A stretch of DNA of 64,000 nucleotides from the human T2T-CHM13v2.0 reference genome, Homo sapiens. The notes beneath the pieces were generated by a model that was not told the origin of the DNA, searched no databases, and worked only from the letters and a program-made list of their open reading frames with translations. This document shows, one piece after another, positions 13,744 to 35,300 of this stretch; position 1 is the stretch's first letter, and each line of letters begins with the position of its first letter. A program made the position numbers and the translations under genes. The stretch lies in NCBI RefSeq assembly GCF_009914755.1, contig NC_060947.1; one strand, written 5' to 3'.

Positions 13744-14244
13744 TGCCCCTTGTTCACCATGTTGTGGGCCAAAAGAAGGAAAGAAGAACTGTGACCCTTC
13801 GGGGAGCCCAGACCTGGATGCTCCCCAAGCCAGGGCTGTGACTCCCTCTTCAGGGCCCTGTAGTTCCTGGTGTCTCCAAGCTTCTGGGTGCCACTGTGTT
13901 CCCTGGTGCCAGTTGTGGAAGCTGCCTGTGGTGTGCCTGGTCCAGCTGCAGCCTCGTGGAGAGCCAGCACCAGTGCTGGCACCCAGAGTTGCCCACTCCA
14001 CTGCAGCAGCCAGCATGTCTGACTGCACAGTGGCCAGACCCCACACTTGCTCACATACCCCTTGTTGCTCTGAGCAGTCTCCCTTGTCAGATATGGGATG
14101 CAGGCCAGTAGTGTGAGCTGAGCACAGCCTGCCAGATCAAGTGAGCAGAATGAGTGCAGCAGGCCCAAGCAAAACTTAGGCAAGGGTGCCACCAGTCACA
14201 GAGGTTTCCGGCCAGAAAAGCAACACCCCAAAGATCCTGTAACA

Positions 14245-14540
14245 GTATGAACATCACAGAGTGTACTTACACAAAACTAGATGGTATAGCCTACTAAACA
14301 CCTAGGCTATATGCTATAGCCTATTCCTCTTAGGCTACAAACCTGTACAGCATGCTGCTGTACTGAATACTTTAAGCAATGGTAACACAATGGTAAGTAT
14401 TTGTGTATCTAAACATAAAACAGGTACAATAAAATTATCATATAAAAGATAAAAAGTAGTCACCTGTATAGGGCAGCTCTATTATAATCTGATAGAACCA
14501 CCATCACATATGTGGTCCATCGTTAACTGAAACATTGTGT
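14245..14540 (+). mobile_element. Tigger3a/MER7-type DNA transposon, right fragment
   Basis: GAACATCACAGAGTGTACTTACACAAAACTAGATGGTATAGCCTAC... continues the 3662-3733 fragment. Confidence 0.85.
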
Positions 14541-14541
14541 G

Positions 14542-14565
14542 GAGAGACAGACAGACAGACAGACA

Positions 14566-14615
<50 letters not shown>

Positions 14616-14621
14616 GAGAGA
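14542..14621. repeat. Compound microsatellite (GACA)n(CA)n(GA)n
   Basis: Directly visible. Confidence 0.95.
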
Positions 14622-15029
14622 GGAGCAGTAATGCTCATTGTTAAAGAGAAATCCTAAGCAACACAACAAGAATATCTGTAATAATATCAACTTGAATAGC
14701 TGTAAGAATTAAATTAGATAAAGTATCTATTGATTAAAGTCTTTATGTAAATGTCAATAACCTTTTTGCAGGCCACTTTCCAGAGAGAGCAACAACTCTG
14801 TTTTCACAAAAGCCTTGCTTAACACCTCAGGGACCAGCTCAACCATGTGACTTCTACACCCAGGTTTCCTGGAACAAGGTTTTTATTCCTATACTGAATA
14901 TCATGCTGAGGGAGTATCCATGGGGACAGAATTCTAGGACAGCTTAAAACAATCACTCCTTAAGCTTTGGAAGCTTATCATCTAAAACGGAGGCTAATGG
15001 GTGTATTGGGAGGGAAAGAAAGAGAAGCC

Positions 15030-15210
15030 CATTCCTGCTCCTGACTTGATGTGTGACCCTGAAAAAGTATAGTGTTCTGTGGGTCTATCCTTGATCTCTG
15101 TAAAATGGGAATAATGTTACCTTCCTCAGAAAGCTCTGGTGGGAAAAAAGAAAAAGTACAGCAATGTCTGGCACATTGTAAGACTTGGAAAAACACTACT
15201 ACTGCCCAGC
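15030..15210 (+). mobile_element. MIR fragment
   Basis: TGTGACCCTG...CTCTGTAAAATGGGAATAAT...TGTCTGGCACATTGTAAG resembles the MIR core. Confidence 0.6.
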
Positions 15211-15797
15211 TCACTTCCTCCCATAAGAGAGATGTCTTTTAAATAAACGGCATATAATATTTATCTTAGAGAACATCTGGAAATATGGGCAGAAAAGAGA
15301 AATATACAGATATTCACCTAATGTATGAATTTTTGGTGTCATTTCTGTGTCTTGGGAAGAGCAAGAAATTTTAAGAAAGACAAGAAAATAATTTGCTTTT
15401 ATTTCAAGTGATTTCCAATCATCTTATTTCCCTTCTAGTTTGATACCAGCGGTGCATTTCCCACCAAGTCTTTAAAATAGAGCATAAATGAGAATAAAGT
15501 AATATTGGCACCTATGCTGAACCAGAGGACCTTGGGTGAGTCCCTCCTCCTGTGCTGGCCTCAGCTCTAACAGAGAAGAGTCAATACAGAAACAGTGGTT
15601 GTGGGCATGGGGTTTGTGGAGTGAGATACATGTGGATTTGCTCTTTAGTTGAGAGACGGTTAATCTGAATAAGCAATTTCTTTTATCTGAATTTCACCTT
15701 TATTCGTGTGCTATATGGGAATTGGGATGATACTTGCCCCTTAAATTTGAGATGAAGATTAAATGAATCATTGCATTGAAAGCACTCAGGGCAATGC

Positions 15798-16210
15798 TAT
15801 ATTAGTCCGTTTTCACACTGCTGTAAAGAACTACCTGAGACTGGGCAATTTATGAAGAAAAGAAGTTTAATTGACTCACAGTTCTGTAGGCTGTACAGGA
15901 CGCATGGCTAGGGAGGCCTCAGGAAACTTACAATCATGGCAGAAGGCAAAGGGGAAGCAAGGCACATCTTACATGATGGCAGGAGGGAGAGAGGGAGAGA
16001 GAGACAGAGAGAAGGAGGGAGAGAAAGAAGGGGAAAGTGCCACACTTTCAAACCATCAGATATTATGAGAACTTACTCACTATCACGAGAAGAGCAAGGG
16101 GGAAATCTGCTACCTTAATCCAATAACCTCCCATGAGTCCTCTCCCCTGAAACGTGGGGATTATAATTTAACATGAGATTTGGTTGGGGACACGGAGACA
16201 AACCATATCA
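15798..16210 (-). mobile_element. MSTA-like MaLR solo LTR
   Basis: TATATTAGTCCG...AACCATATCA. 5-bp TSD AATGC at 15793-15797 and 16211-16215. Confidence 0.9.
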
Positions 16211-16510
16211 AATGCACAGCATCTTCTAGTGCTGAATACACATTTGCATCATTCATTATATTTATTGTTACTCCTCCCAACAATCTAAAAGAGAGTCGTG
16301 TGAATGGGGTTTGCATTGCCAGGCAATGTAATTGTTCTGTAGTGCTGCACCTTCATCTTTGTTGGGAACAAACTGGTTGACATATAGTTTAAAGGAAGAC
16401 TATAAAAAGCTCAGGAGCAGTCTCAGATATATAACATTATTTAGTATAAAACAGATTTGGCATTTCCAATCCGTGCATTCAGATGCATGGTTCAAGAAAT
16501 GAGACAGGCG

Positions 16511-18513
<2,003 letters not shown>

Positions 18514-19434
18514 AAGAAATGAGACAGGTGCATCTATAGATGGTTCAATAAAAATCAAAGTTCAATACTTTTCCCATGGCAAATCATTTAATATTAATTA
18601 AAACATCAACAAAACAATAAAGCACAAAACTGTGTATCTATCAAAGCTCTATGAAATGCCAATGCAATATACATGCAATGTATTTGCATGTTTGCAAGCA
18701 AAAAAAAATAAGGGAAAGAAATGCAGGAATATGTTAACAGTTTTTTCCTGGTTATTGATATTTTCGTCTCTACAGTTAACTGTATTTTAATCATTTGAGT
18801 CATTGGTAAAATGAGTATATGTTTATGATATAATAAACCTTCAGCTTCTAAAATTTGTGTTACTTATCCAACATATCAAATATACAAAATGTTATAGAGA
18901 GCTATGAAGTGAACACTTGTGTATCCACCACCCAGGTTAAGCAATAAACTTGACAAATGTTTGAGCCCATCCCCTCATTTCACTTGTCCTTCCTCTATTC
19001 CTCAGATGTAACTCATAACCAGAGTGTGGTGTTTATATTCTCCATAAATTGCTTCATAATTTTATCATGAATAAAAGCATTCTTAAAGTATTATATATAT
19101 GTTATATGCATATATTTTCATACTGTAGGTGTCTTTATTTTCCATATGATCATGATGTATATTTCCACATATATATGAATATATGGTCTGATTCTTATAG
19201 GTCTAGGGCATTTATTTTCATGACTATAGAATATTCTACTGTAAGAATGAACAACAGTGTATTTTTTGGACTAATGGTACTGGACATTTTTGTTTTTCCT
19301 ATAGTTTTGCTCTCACAAACAATACTGAAGTTACCACGATTACAGATGAGGCCATGTACGGACATGCCAGACAATCTCTGGTTTCTTGCTACTCAAAGTG
19401 TGATCCATGAAATAGTAGCTTCAGCATTACCTGG

Positions 19435-19474
19435 TATATTAGGGATCTACCAAGAAATGGGTGTGTGTGTGTGT

Positions 19475-19506
<32 letters not shown>

Positions 19507-19871
19507 ACTTTTAAAGAAATTAGCTGCCATGAATGTGGAGCCTGGAAAGCCTGCAGAGAAGGCTGGCAGGCTGGAGACCCAATGAAGAGCTGCAGTTCAC
19601 ATCTGAAGGCAGTTTGCTGGCGGAATTCCCTCTTCCTCAAGGGAGGTAAATCTTTTTATTCCTGAAGGCCTTCAACTGATTGGATAAGGTCAACTGACGT
19701 TCTATAGGGTAATCTGCTTTATTCAAAGTCTACAGATCTAAATGGTAATCTAATCTAAAAATACCTTCACAGAAACATTTGGAATAATGTTGGACCAAAT
19801 ATCTGGGTACATGGATAAGTATGTGAACTACCTAAGTAGGCCTAAGTTGGCATATAAAATTAACCATCATA
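19435..19871 (-). mobile_element. MLT2-type ERVL LTR with internal (TG)n, inserted into a MER5 hAT element (about 19380-19434 and 19872-19920)
   Basis: Ends AAAATTAACCATCATA. TSD CCTGG at 19430-19434 and 19872-19876. Flanks read CTCAAAGTGTGATCC...CAGCATTACCTGG / CCTGGGATCCTGTTACAAATGCAGATT. Confidence 0.75.
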
Positions 19872-20604
19872 CCTGGGATCCTGTTACAAATGCAGATTTT
19901 GAGGCCATGCTACAGAAAATCACATCCCCAAGCCCCCACAAACTGTGCCCTCCCGTCATTACATCACCACCTTTCTTTGATGCAGGTTAGAGTGCTAAGA
20001 ACACCCAGACGCCATTTCTCCCCACTTTATTTTATTTTGGTGGGGGTGAGGGACAGTATCTAACCTTGCATGACCTAGGTTTGAGGTTTCTGCTCTTGGA
20101 TGTGGCCATTGAAGGGGAGAAGGGTTCACATCCAACCAGTGGCTTTCTCCAGCACAGGGGTGACAGGAGGGTGGGATCATAAGGAGTCCCGCATAGAGGG
20201 GAATTCTGAGATCATTAATGGAATGATGCCATTAAAGACTCATGAGCAGATAACTAGGATGAATGGAATCCATATTTGCAAAGATCAGCAGCAGCTATGC
20301 ACTAAGGCTGAGGGCAGGAGATATAGGCAGGAACCCCAGGGGTAAGGGGATCAGTTGGAGGCAAGTTCCGGGACGAACTATTAGGAGGGCAGAGTAACAC
20401 ACAGGTGCCAGAGATATTCTGAAGGAAGGCATAAAAGTTAGTTGGAGATGAGGGATAGAAAAGGGCCTCTTTGAGGCCACTCACCCTGGAGTTCCTGCAG
20501 TTGCTTCTGGACTCCTTCCACACTGAGGTTCCTAGGCTCCAATGAGGACAGGGAGGGATCCACCACCCACCCACACCAGCAACCCTTGTAAGAAGTGCAA
20601 CTTT

Positions 20605-20730
20605 GCTGGGTGACTGTAATCTCAGCTACTTGGGAAGCTGATGCTGAAGGACTGCTTGAGCCTAGGAGTTTGCACCCAGGAGTTTGAGTTCAGCCTGGGC
20701 AACATAATGAGACCCCAACTCTAAAAAAAG
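20605..20730 (+). mobile_element. Free Alu monomer (FLAM-like)
   Basis: CTGTAATCTCAGCTACTTGGGAAGCTGA...CAGCCTGGGCAACATAATGAGACCCC followed by an A tail. Confidence 0.75.
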
Positions 20731-21387
20731 TACACCCTGTTGGAGGTGTCCATAAACTTGATGCCATCATATGCAATGGGCAGGAAAGCAAGTGACATAT
20801 GGGAAATAATGCCGATTCTCAGGGATGAGCCCTTTGGATTCCATAGCCCCAGGCTCCCTGCCACCCTGTCCCTAAGGAGAGTGTGCCAAGGCCCAAGGAA
20901 ATGAACAGAGCAGCTGTGGCTGGACTCTCCTGGCTGTGACTGCCATTTGCTGCTTTCTGTCCTAATCAAACTTTCCACTCCATGCTCCACGCTATTAACA
21001 CATAAATGAACAATGTCAAGAATAAAAGAAAGTCATCACTGCAGATCTACATAAAATTATAGCATGATGCCATGAAGAGCTTTATGTTAATGACGTTGTT
21101 AACTAAAATGAAATGGATATAAAACTGTATCTGCATTATTTCTTTTATATAAATATGTGTGCATATATATATTTATGTGCACATATATATTTATTCAATC
21201 ATTTATGACTGAATTGTTCTCAATGATTCTAAAAAATGGCTATGTCAATTTACATGCTTGGAAACAATGTATGTGAGTACTCATATCTCCTCCCTCCAAC
21301 TTCAGAAATAATCTTGGGAAGCATACACTTTGCCTCACCATTTAGACTTCCAAGATTGTGTCCTAATGGACCATTTTCAGAGAGACG

Positions 21388-21420
<33 letters not shown>

Positions 21421-22710
21421 GTAGAGCTAGAGAGCTCGAGAGATGAAAGAAAGAGCGAGTTCAGGTGTTTAGAATTAGCATGTGCTGGGAACATAGGACC
21501 ACAGGAAATCGTGGGAATTGGCAAGAGGATGAGTGACTGGAAGACCATGGCATCCGAGCTGGCTAGGGAAGAAGGTCCAGGCTGTGGAAGCCTGATGATG
21601 TACAGAGAGGAAGTAGAGGGGCCATGTGATGGGTTCCATGGTTCCTACCCACAAAGGAGTCCTGGCAGCTCCGAGAGCCTGAGCTGAACAGGCACTGTGG
21701 TTGATAAGTAACATGTGAGGCCATCTGTAGGCTACACGATGAGGCTGAGAAGCACACAGTGTGGTCTCTGCTCCCTGGGTGAGAGGACCAAGGCTTAGAG
21801 AGGTACAGGAGCTTGTCTTTGACTATTGAGGCACTACAGGGAAGAACAAGGTTGGCATTATTCTTTATGTAATTGCAACTATCCCCTTAGTTCCTAGTTT
21901 TAAGAAATTCACACTCCAACATATGGCTCCCTAATGTACATGTACATAAAAAACTGAAAAGTGGCAAGTGGTAGGAAGGTGGCAAGTGGTAGGAAATAAC
22001 GTATGCCAAACGAAAGTGGAGGCATAATTTGTAAACTGGTGGTACCTCTTCTATGTCATCATTTATAGGATTATGACTTGAAAATGTCATACTGCTATTA
22101 TTTTAATTTCAAAAAGGATGCCTGCTGGTTGTCTAACATGCAAGCATCACAGAAATGTGGACAATAAATTGTGCAAATGTCCTGTTCAACTCTTGCCTGC
22201 AATTTGGAATTGCTAAATGCTGGTCATTGAGAACTGATCATAATGTGAGATTCTGTGCTACTGCTGTTTGTTTAGAAATGAAAATAAATGGCTGAACCCC
22301 TTCAAGAACATGGATGTGGAGTACCTGGTGTCAGCTCTCTGAAGAGTTCCCTGGGCAGACAGGCTGAGTCTCCCTCCCACTGCAGGTGCTAACCTGAGAC
22401 TCCTCGAAAAGTGCACCTTCGGGAAAGGGAGGGGTTGGGATAGTGGATGGAAGCCCCTGGTGTGCCAGGTAACATGCCTGCTTCTGTGGGCCTCCAGGTC
22501 GAGCATATGACAGAGTTCCATTGTCTCTCAAGGCCAATATCTGGAAGGGGCGTGTGTCCTTTCTCATCAGGATTTATTGACAAAATTACCTATGAAGGGA
22601 AGCCAGATCATTGTATCTGCTAAGGCCAGCCAGCGATAAACAGGGATGCAGGGCTTTTCTGTCCTGGCCCCACTGGCTCATGGTTGGGGCAGGGGAAGAG
22701 CAATCCAGGG

Positions 22711-22745
22711 CACACAACATACAACATGTAACGTCACTGTTTATT
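22711..22745 (-). terminator. NXF5: NXF5 polyadenylation signal with downstream GU-rich element
   Basis: AATAAA on the minus strand at 22740-22745, followed by TACATGTTGTATGTTGTGTG (22711-22730), about 200 nt after the ancestral stop codon. Confidence 0.8.
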
Positions 22746-22994
22746 ATGAAAATAAACGGTGATCATGAGTGGGGCAAATACACAGAACAACTGGCTCTTC
22801 AGGTGGCTATGTCCTGTGGCCTGCAAGTTAACTTTGGCTTCTTGGTCAGCCAGGCCTCCAACCCCAGTCCTTAGAGTGGTCTTAGGCTGGTGAAAAGAGG
22901 AAACAAAGAGGATGAGAAGGAAGACAAAGATGACATCAAAGGGCTCCTTTTAGGGGATTTGCTTGAAGGCCTCCACTGGGATCTTGCCCTCAGT
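22720..22994 (-). pseudogene. NXF5: Terminal exon with ancestral UBA end TEGKIPVEAFKQIP-stop; now 3'UTR
   Basis: Acceptor AG at 22995-22996; TAA at 22950-22952; similar to the NXF2 C-terminus. Confidence 0.85.
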
Positions 22995-23140
22995 CTAGAT
23001 GAAGTGAAGAAAAGGAGTTGGGATGTTAGTAGAGCCAGGTGCCCTGGGTTCCATCCCCACACTACCCCGCCTCCATCTTCTTGGCCCTCCTGAAGGCCCA
23101 GAGACAGCTGTCTTTTACCCCCTTGATATCCAGACCTCAC

Positions 23141-23201
23141 CTGGAGCATAGTGAAGACCTGACCAGCTCTAATGTAGTTCCACTTATTGTCCTGAAGGCA
23201 C
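23141..23201 (-). pseudogene. NXF5: Ancestral UBA exon (CLQDNKWNYIRAGQVFTMLQ), downstream of the stops
   Basis: AG/GT flanked, 61 nt, TAP-C/UBA motif. Confidence 0.9.
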
Positions 23202-23489
23202 CTGGGGTGGGAGAATAGGTGCTCTCCATTACTACCCCAGGACAGACATGCTGACTATGCAATGCCACACTTAGTCTATGCTACCTGTTTGCTGGGACAC
23301 ATGTACCAATATGAGCACTATTGTAAGGATGAAAAAAGGCCTAGGGAAAATGAAAACACCTATCCCTGACATTCATTCCCACTAGAATTCAAATCAGAAA
23401 CATAGGGTTATTCAAATGAAGAAGGGAGCTTAATCCATATGGGTAAAAAAGATGTTCAAGAAATAACAAGTGGAAATTCAATAATACGT

Positions 23490-25420
23490 TTCTTTTTTAT
23501 TGAGATATAATGTACATACTGTAGCAGTCACCATTTTAAGGTGTACAATTCAGTGCTTTTTAAGTCTATTCACAAGATTGTGCAACCACCACAACTATCT
23601 AATTCCAAACTATTTTTATCACCTCAAAAAGAAACTCCTTAGCTGTTAGAGATCACTCCCTCTTCTCCCTCTTCCCCAGATCTTGGCAACAACTACTCTG
23701 CTTTCGGTCTCTATGGATCTGGCTATTCTGAACAATTCATATGAATGGAATCATATAATTATGTGGCTTTTTGTGACTGGCTGCTCTCACTTAGCATATA
23801 ATGTTTTCAAGTTTCATCCATGTCATAGCATATATCACAACTACATTCTTTTTTATGAATAATATTCCAATAATATTCCACCATATGGATGTACCACATT
23901 AATCTATCCATTCATCAGTTAAAGGTCACTTGATGTGTTTCCATTTTTTGGCTATTTCGAATAACACCATTATGGAAATTCATGTGCAAGTTGTTGAATA
24001 GGCATATATTTTCATTTCCATTGATGTACACTTAGGAGTGGGATTACTGGGTCATGTGGTAACTGCATGTTTAAGATTTTGAGGAATTGCCAAAATCTTT
24101 TCCTCAGCGACTGCTCCATTTTATGTTCCCAGTTGCAATCCATAAGATTTCCAATTTCTTTGTATTCTCACTGACATTTGTAATGTTTCCTTTTATTGAC
24201 TAAAGCCATCCTAGTGGGTGTGAAGTGGCGACTCATTTCGGTTTCGATTTGCATTTCCATAATGACTAATGATGTTGAGAAATTTTTCATGTGCTTGTTG
24301 GTCATTTGTATATCTTCTTTGGAGAAAAGTCTATTCAAATCCTTTCCCCATTTTCTAATTGGGTGGTTTGTCTGTTTATTGTTGAGTTGTAAGGGTTCTT
24401 CTTGTCAGCAATGTAATTTGCAAACATTTTCTCTTGTTTCATCAGTCAGTTTTCAACTTTCTTGATAGTATCTGTTGATGCACAAAAGCTTTTAATTTAG
24501 ACGAAGTCTGATTTACCTATTTTTCCTTTGGTTGCTTGTGCTTTTCATTTCATATGTAAGAAATGGTTGCCTAATTCAAGGTCATGAAGATGTACACCTA
24601 TAGAGTTTTACAGTTCTAGCTCTTACTTTTAGATCCTTGACCCATTTTTCAGTCAGTGTTTGCACATCATGTGAGGCAGGTGTCAACATTCATTGTTTTA
24701 CAAGTTGATATCCAATTGTTACAGCATCATTTGTTAAAAAGACTATTTTTTTCTATTGGATTTTTTTTCAGCACCCAGAATGATAGTCAACTGGATATAA
24801 ATGTGTGAGATTATCTGTGAATTCTGAACTCTGTTCCACTGATGCCCACGTCTCTTCCTATATCGGTACCACGCAGTCTTGATTAATGTAGTTTTGTAGC
24901 AAGTTTTGAAATCAGGAAGTGTTAGTCTTCTAACATTGTTCTTCTCTTTCAAGATGGTTTTGGTTGTTTGGGGTCCACTGTATTTCCACATGAATTTTGA
25001 AATTATCTTGTCAATTTCTGCAAAGAAGCCAGTTGGGATTCTGTCAGGGACTGCAATGAATCTGTAGATTGTTCTGGGTGATATTGCCATCTTATTGATA
25101 CTAAGTCTTCCAATCTATGAACAAGGGATGTCTTTCCATTTATTTAGGTCTTCTTTAATTTTTTTCAGCAATGTTTTGAAGATTTCAGAGTATAATATTT
25201 GCATTTATTCCCTTAAATTTGTTTCTACATATTTTACTTGTTTTGATGCTACTGTAAATGGACTTGTTTTCTTAATTTCATTTTTTTGTATTGTCCATTG
25301 CAACTACATAGAAGTACAAGTGATTTTTGTGCATTATATCTTGCAACCACGCTCAATTGGTTTATTAGTAGTTTCTTGTGGTGGATTCTTTCAGATTTTA
25401 CATATGGAAGGCAATGTCAT
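23490..25420 (-). mobile_element. L1MB-type 3' fragment in an NXF5 intron
   Basis: L1MB-like 3'UTR at the left end; degenerate ORF2 peptide at 24743-25090. Confidence 0.85.
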
Positions 25421-25525
25421 TTGAGCCATTTACATGACCATATAAAAATTATCTACAATATATCAGTATAAAAGTATGATACCTTTTTGATGGGCCCACT
25501 TTTTTTGGAAGCAAAACATCCAGAT

Positions 25526-26528
25526 TACTGGGGGAACCCACCCCCAATATTTCAATGTAGGTTCTTTCTATTTTCCATAAGCGTTGGCCAGCTGAGAAAT
25601 AAAGAGAGACAGTATAAAGAGAGGAATTTTACAGCTGGGCCACCGGGGGTGACATCACATATCAGTAGGACCATGATGCCCGCCTGAGTCTCAGACCAGC
25701 AAGTTTTTATTAAGGGTTTCAAAAGGGGACGGGGTGTAAGAACAGGGAGTAGGTACAAAGATCACATGCTTCAAAGGGCAAAAAGCAGAACTACTAATAA
25801 GGGTCTAACAAAGATCACATTCTTCTGAGGGAAAAAGACAAAGGGAAAAAGCAGAACTACTGATAAGGGTCTATGCTCAGCAGTGCACATATTGTCTTGA
25901 TAAACATCTTAAACAACAGAAAACAGAGTTCGAGAGCAGAGAACTGGTCTGACCACAAATTTACCAGGGCAGAGTTTTTCCCCACCCTAGTGAGCCTGAA
26001 GGTACTGCAGGAGACCAGGGCGTATTTCAGTCCTTATCTCAACTGCATAAGACAGACATTCCCAGAGCGGCCATTTATAGACCTCCCCCTTGGAATGCAT
26101 TCCTTCCCCAGGGTATTAATATCTTCCCTACTTGCACGTCCATTTATAGGCTCTCTGCAAGAAAAAAAATATGGCTCTATTCTGCCCAACCCTGCAGGCA
26201 GTCAGACCTTATGGTTGTCTTCCCTTGTTCCCTAAAAATCGCTGTTATTCTGTTCTTTTTCAAGGTGCACTGATTTCATATTGTTCAAATACACATGTTT
26301 TACAATCAATTTGTACAGTTAACACAATTATCACAGTGGTCCTGAAGTGACATACATCCTCAGCTTACGAAGATAACAGGATTAAGAGATTAAAGTAAAG
26401 ACAGGCATAAGAAATTATAAAAGTATTATTTGGGAACTGATAAATGTCCATGAAATCTTCACAATTTATGTTCCTCTGCCGTGGCTCCAGCTGGTCCCTC
26501 CATTTGGGGTCCCTGACTTCCTGCAATA
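25526..26528 (-). mobile_element. MER11 (HERV-K11/HML-8) solo LTR, in the same sense as NXF5
   Basis: Minus strand starts TATTGCAGGAAGTCAGGGACCCC. 6-bp TSD CCAGAT / TCAGAT. Minus-strand AATAAA at 25706-25711. Confidence 0.9.
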
Positions 26529-26623
26529 TCAGATAGTTATTTTTCCAAATTGCATGTGAGTTTCCATTACTCACTCTTCTGAGGTCCCAACTTCCCCCAT
26601 CCCCATGTACTCCTAGTACTCAC

Positions 26624-26791
26624 TTCTGAGACCACTCTAGTTTCATCCCAGACTGGGCAGAGAAAGCCTGCACCATTTCCTGTGCTCCTAGGAGAGGGAG
26701 GGCTCAGAGCTGGAGGAGAGTGTGGACACTGGGATGGAGAAGGCACTCTGAGTCTCTTGGGGGCTGGCATCCCTCAGAAACAGCTTATCAT

Positions 26792-26805
<14 letters not shown>
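26624..26805 (-). pseudogene. NXF5: NTF2-end/UBA-start exon with in-frame TAG and a 1-nt deletion in the ancestral frame
   Basis: LCIMNDKLFLRDASPQETQSAFSIPVSTLSSSSEPSLS-TAG (26688-26690), then EMVQAFSAQSGMKLEWSQK in a shifted frame; 182 nt. Confidence 0.9.
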
Positions 26806-33495
<6,690 letters not shown>

Positions 33496-33721
33496 CTGTG
33501 GGGAAAGGGAGAGAAGGTGGATATTCATTAAAGCTAAGAAAGTCTTCTATACACACTCCCCTCACTGACACCAAGGCTTCAATTGGGATTGCTCAGCCAT
33601 TATTCCACTTCCAGCATTCTTCAGTTCTCTAATGAGAGAAGAAAAGGAAGACCACAGAGAATGAAAGGGTTGCACAGTCCCGGAGGCTGCTACGTGCAAA
33701 CCAGGCTGCCTGGTCACTTAC

Positions 33722-33905
33722 TGTCTTAGTTGGCGGTCCTTGTGGACATCCCTCATCTCCATGCTTCCATCATTCTCCTGGCAGCGTGAAGGCAGAAGTT
33801 CATACCCACCATGTTCATAATGACAGTTCCTCTTGTCAAAATTACCCTGGAAATGACTCCCACCTTTCTTCCTTCTTTGAAAAGTGCTACTACATATACG
33901 GCATT
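33722..33905 (-). pseudogene. NXF5: Ancestral N-terminal coding exon, now 5'UTR
   Basis: ECRICSSTFQRRKKGGSHFQGNFDKRNCHYEHGGY...DRQLR resembles the NXF2 N-terminus; donor GTAAGT. Confidence 0.88.
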
Positions 33906-35009
33906 CTGCAATTGGGAACAAAACACAAGTTTGAAGACACATCAATGGTCCACTTACCATGTCTCATGTTGTGGGCTAACTCCATGGTAGGACAAGCAAA
34001 GTGCCAACCTGCCCCAAGGGACCGATCACACAAGCCCCAGAAAACAAACTCCTCTGCCTGTCCAGATACAAGAGCCTTATCTCACAGGTGGCACAATCAG
34101 GGGAGAAATCCTGGAAGAGGAAGCAACTGTGTTGAACCTCTTAAAAAATGGAGCAGGAATTATAAAGAACAGAGGTGCATGTGTCCATGGGTTAGACTAG
34201 ACACCAGCTACACACCTGGAAAGGGTCCTAATCTTGCCTTCTCTCAGGCTTCTCTAATCAAACAACAGCACCAACACTTGGGAGACAACCTCTCTCGCAC
34301 CTCCGAAATCGCACCTCCAGTCCCCAAATGCATTCTGTGAACAATCAGCAAGCTGTACTTCTTTGCCGGTGTAGTACAAGCTTTAATGACAGGTGGGACT
34401 GATGTAACAGCTTCCCAAGCTGCCCTCCTGTCTACAGCCTTGCCCTCAACAATACTCAGTTTGAAATATCCAGAGCAAGCTTTCTTTTTGCCCAGCCCGA
34501 AATGCTTTCAGCCCAAGAGACAACTCTTCCTAAGCAAGTGACAGAATTACTAGAAAGAAAGAAAATCGGCAAGGATATTAAAAACCACTACAGTAACAGG
34601 ATCTAAATGACATGAATAAAACACTGTACCCAACAACGAAAGCAGGGCATGCTTTTTCCACTCCCCCCCTACTGTCTTGCAGCATTCACGAAGGTAGACC
34701 ATCTCCTGGGCCATCAAACAGACCTCAACCAATTTCAAAATGTACACCTTGTCTCAGGGCACCCTTATGAATAAAATTTCAGTCACTGCTGACCTCTCTG
34801 CAATGTACTGATTATGGCCAGGCCTCAGATTAACTTCTGTTGCGGGGGGGGCGGTCGTTGCTTTCACTGTGTGTGACCCACTGTCAGGACAGTCCTGCTA
34901 CTCTCGAGTGTTGGGACTTTCCCTGTATGCCGTTAGAAGTGAAATTAAATATGGGCAGAACATGTGACCTAGACATTCCTGATGCTTGGTCCCCACAACT
35001 TGGAAGTGG

Positions 35010-35300
35010 GCCTGGAATGCTCTCTTTCTCTCACACTCTACATCCAACCGATCAGAATGGATGTATCTTCTCTTGTCTCTACCTTTAAAATATATCCAGA
35101 GTCTGGCAACTTCTCACCCCCTCCATTGCTACCTACCCTGGCCAGGTCACCAACATCTATCTCCTGGATTATGTTGCTTTCCAACTTGTCCTTCTGCTTT
35201 TGCCCTTGGCTCCCTTACCATCTATTTTCAACACAGCAGGCAGAGTGATTTTTTAAAGCATAAGTCAAATCTTGTCATTCCTCTACTCAAAATCCTTTAA
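35010..35300 (+). mobile_element. L2 fragment
   Basis: TCTACCTTTAAAATATATCCAGAGTCTGGCAACTTCTCACC...CAGGCAGAGTGATTTTTTAAAGCATAAGTCAAATCTTGTCATTCCTCTACTCAAAATCCTT resembles L2. Confidence 0.7.

Larger units (their letters stand above)
3734..14244 (+). mobile_element. MER52-type ERV1 solo LTR, split into 3734-5053 and 13744-14244
   Basis: Starts TGATGGCAGCG, ends TGTAACA. 4-bp TSD GTAT at 3730-3733 and 14245-14248. Internal GAGAGCTGCAGAGA repeats at 4600-4850; AATAAA near 4920. Confidence 0.85.

Noticed and set aside
20000-22620. Unique-looking sequence downstream of NXF5 with short ORFs
   Set aside because: I could not recognise any homology or a consistent exon structure.
33958-34008. AG...GTAAGT-bounded 51-nt exon candidate containing ATGs
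   Set aside because: The intron to the next exon would be only 52 nt, too short for normal splicing, and there is no NXF homology.
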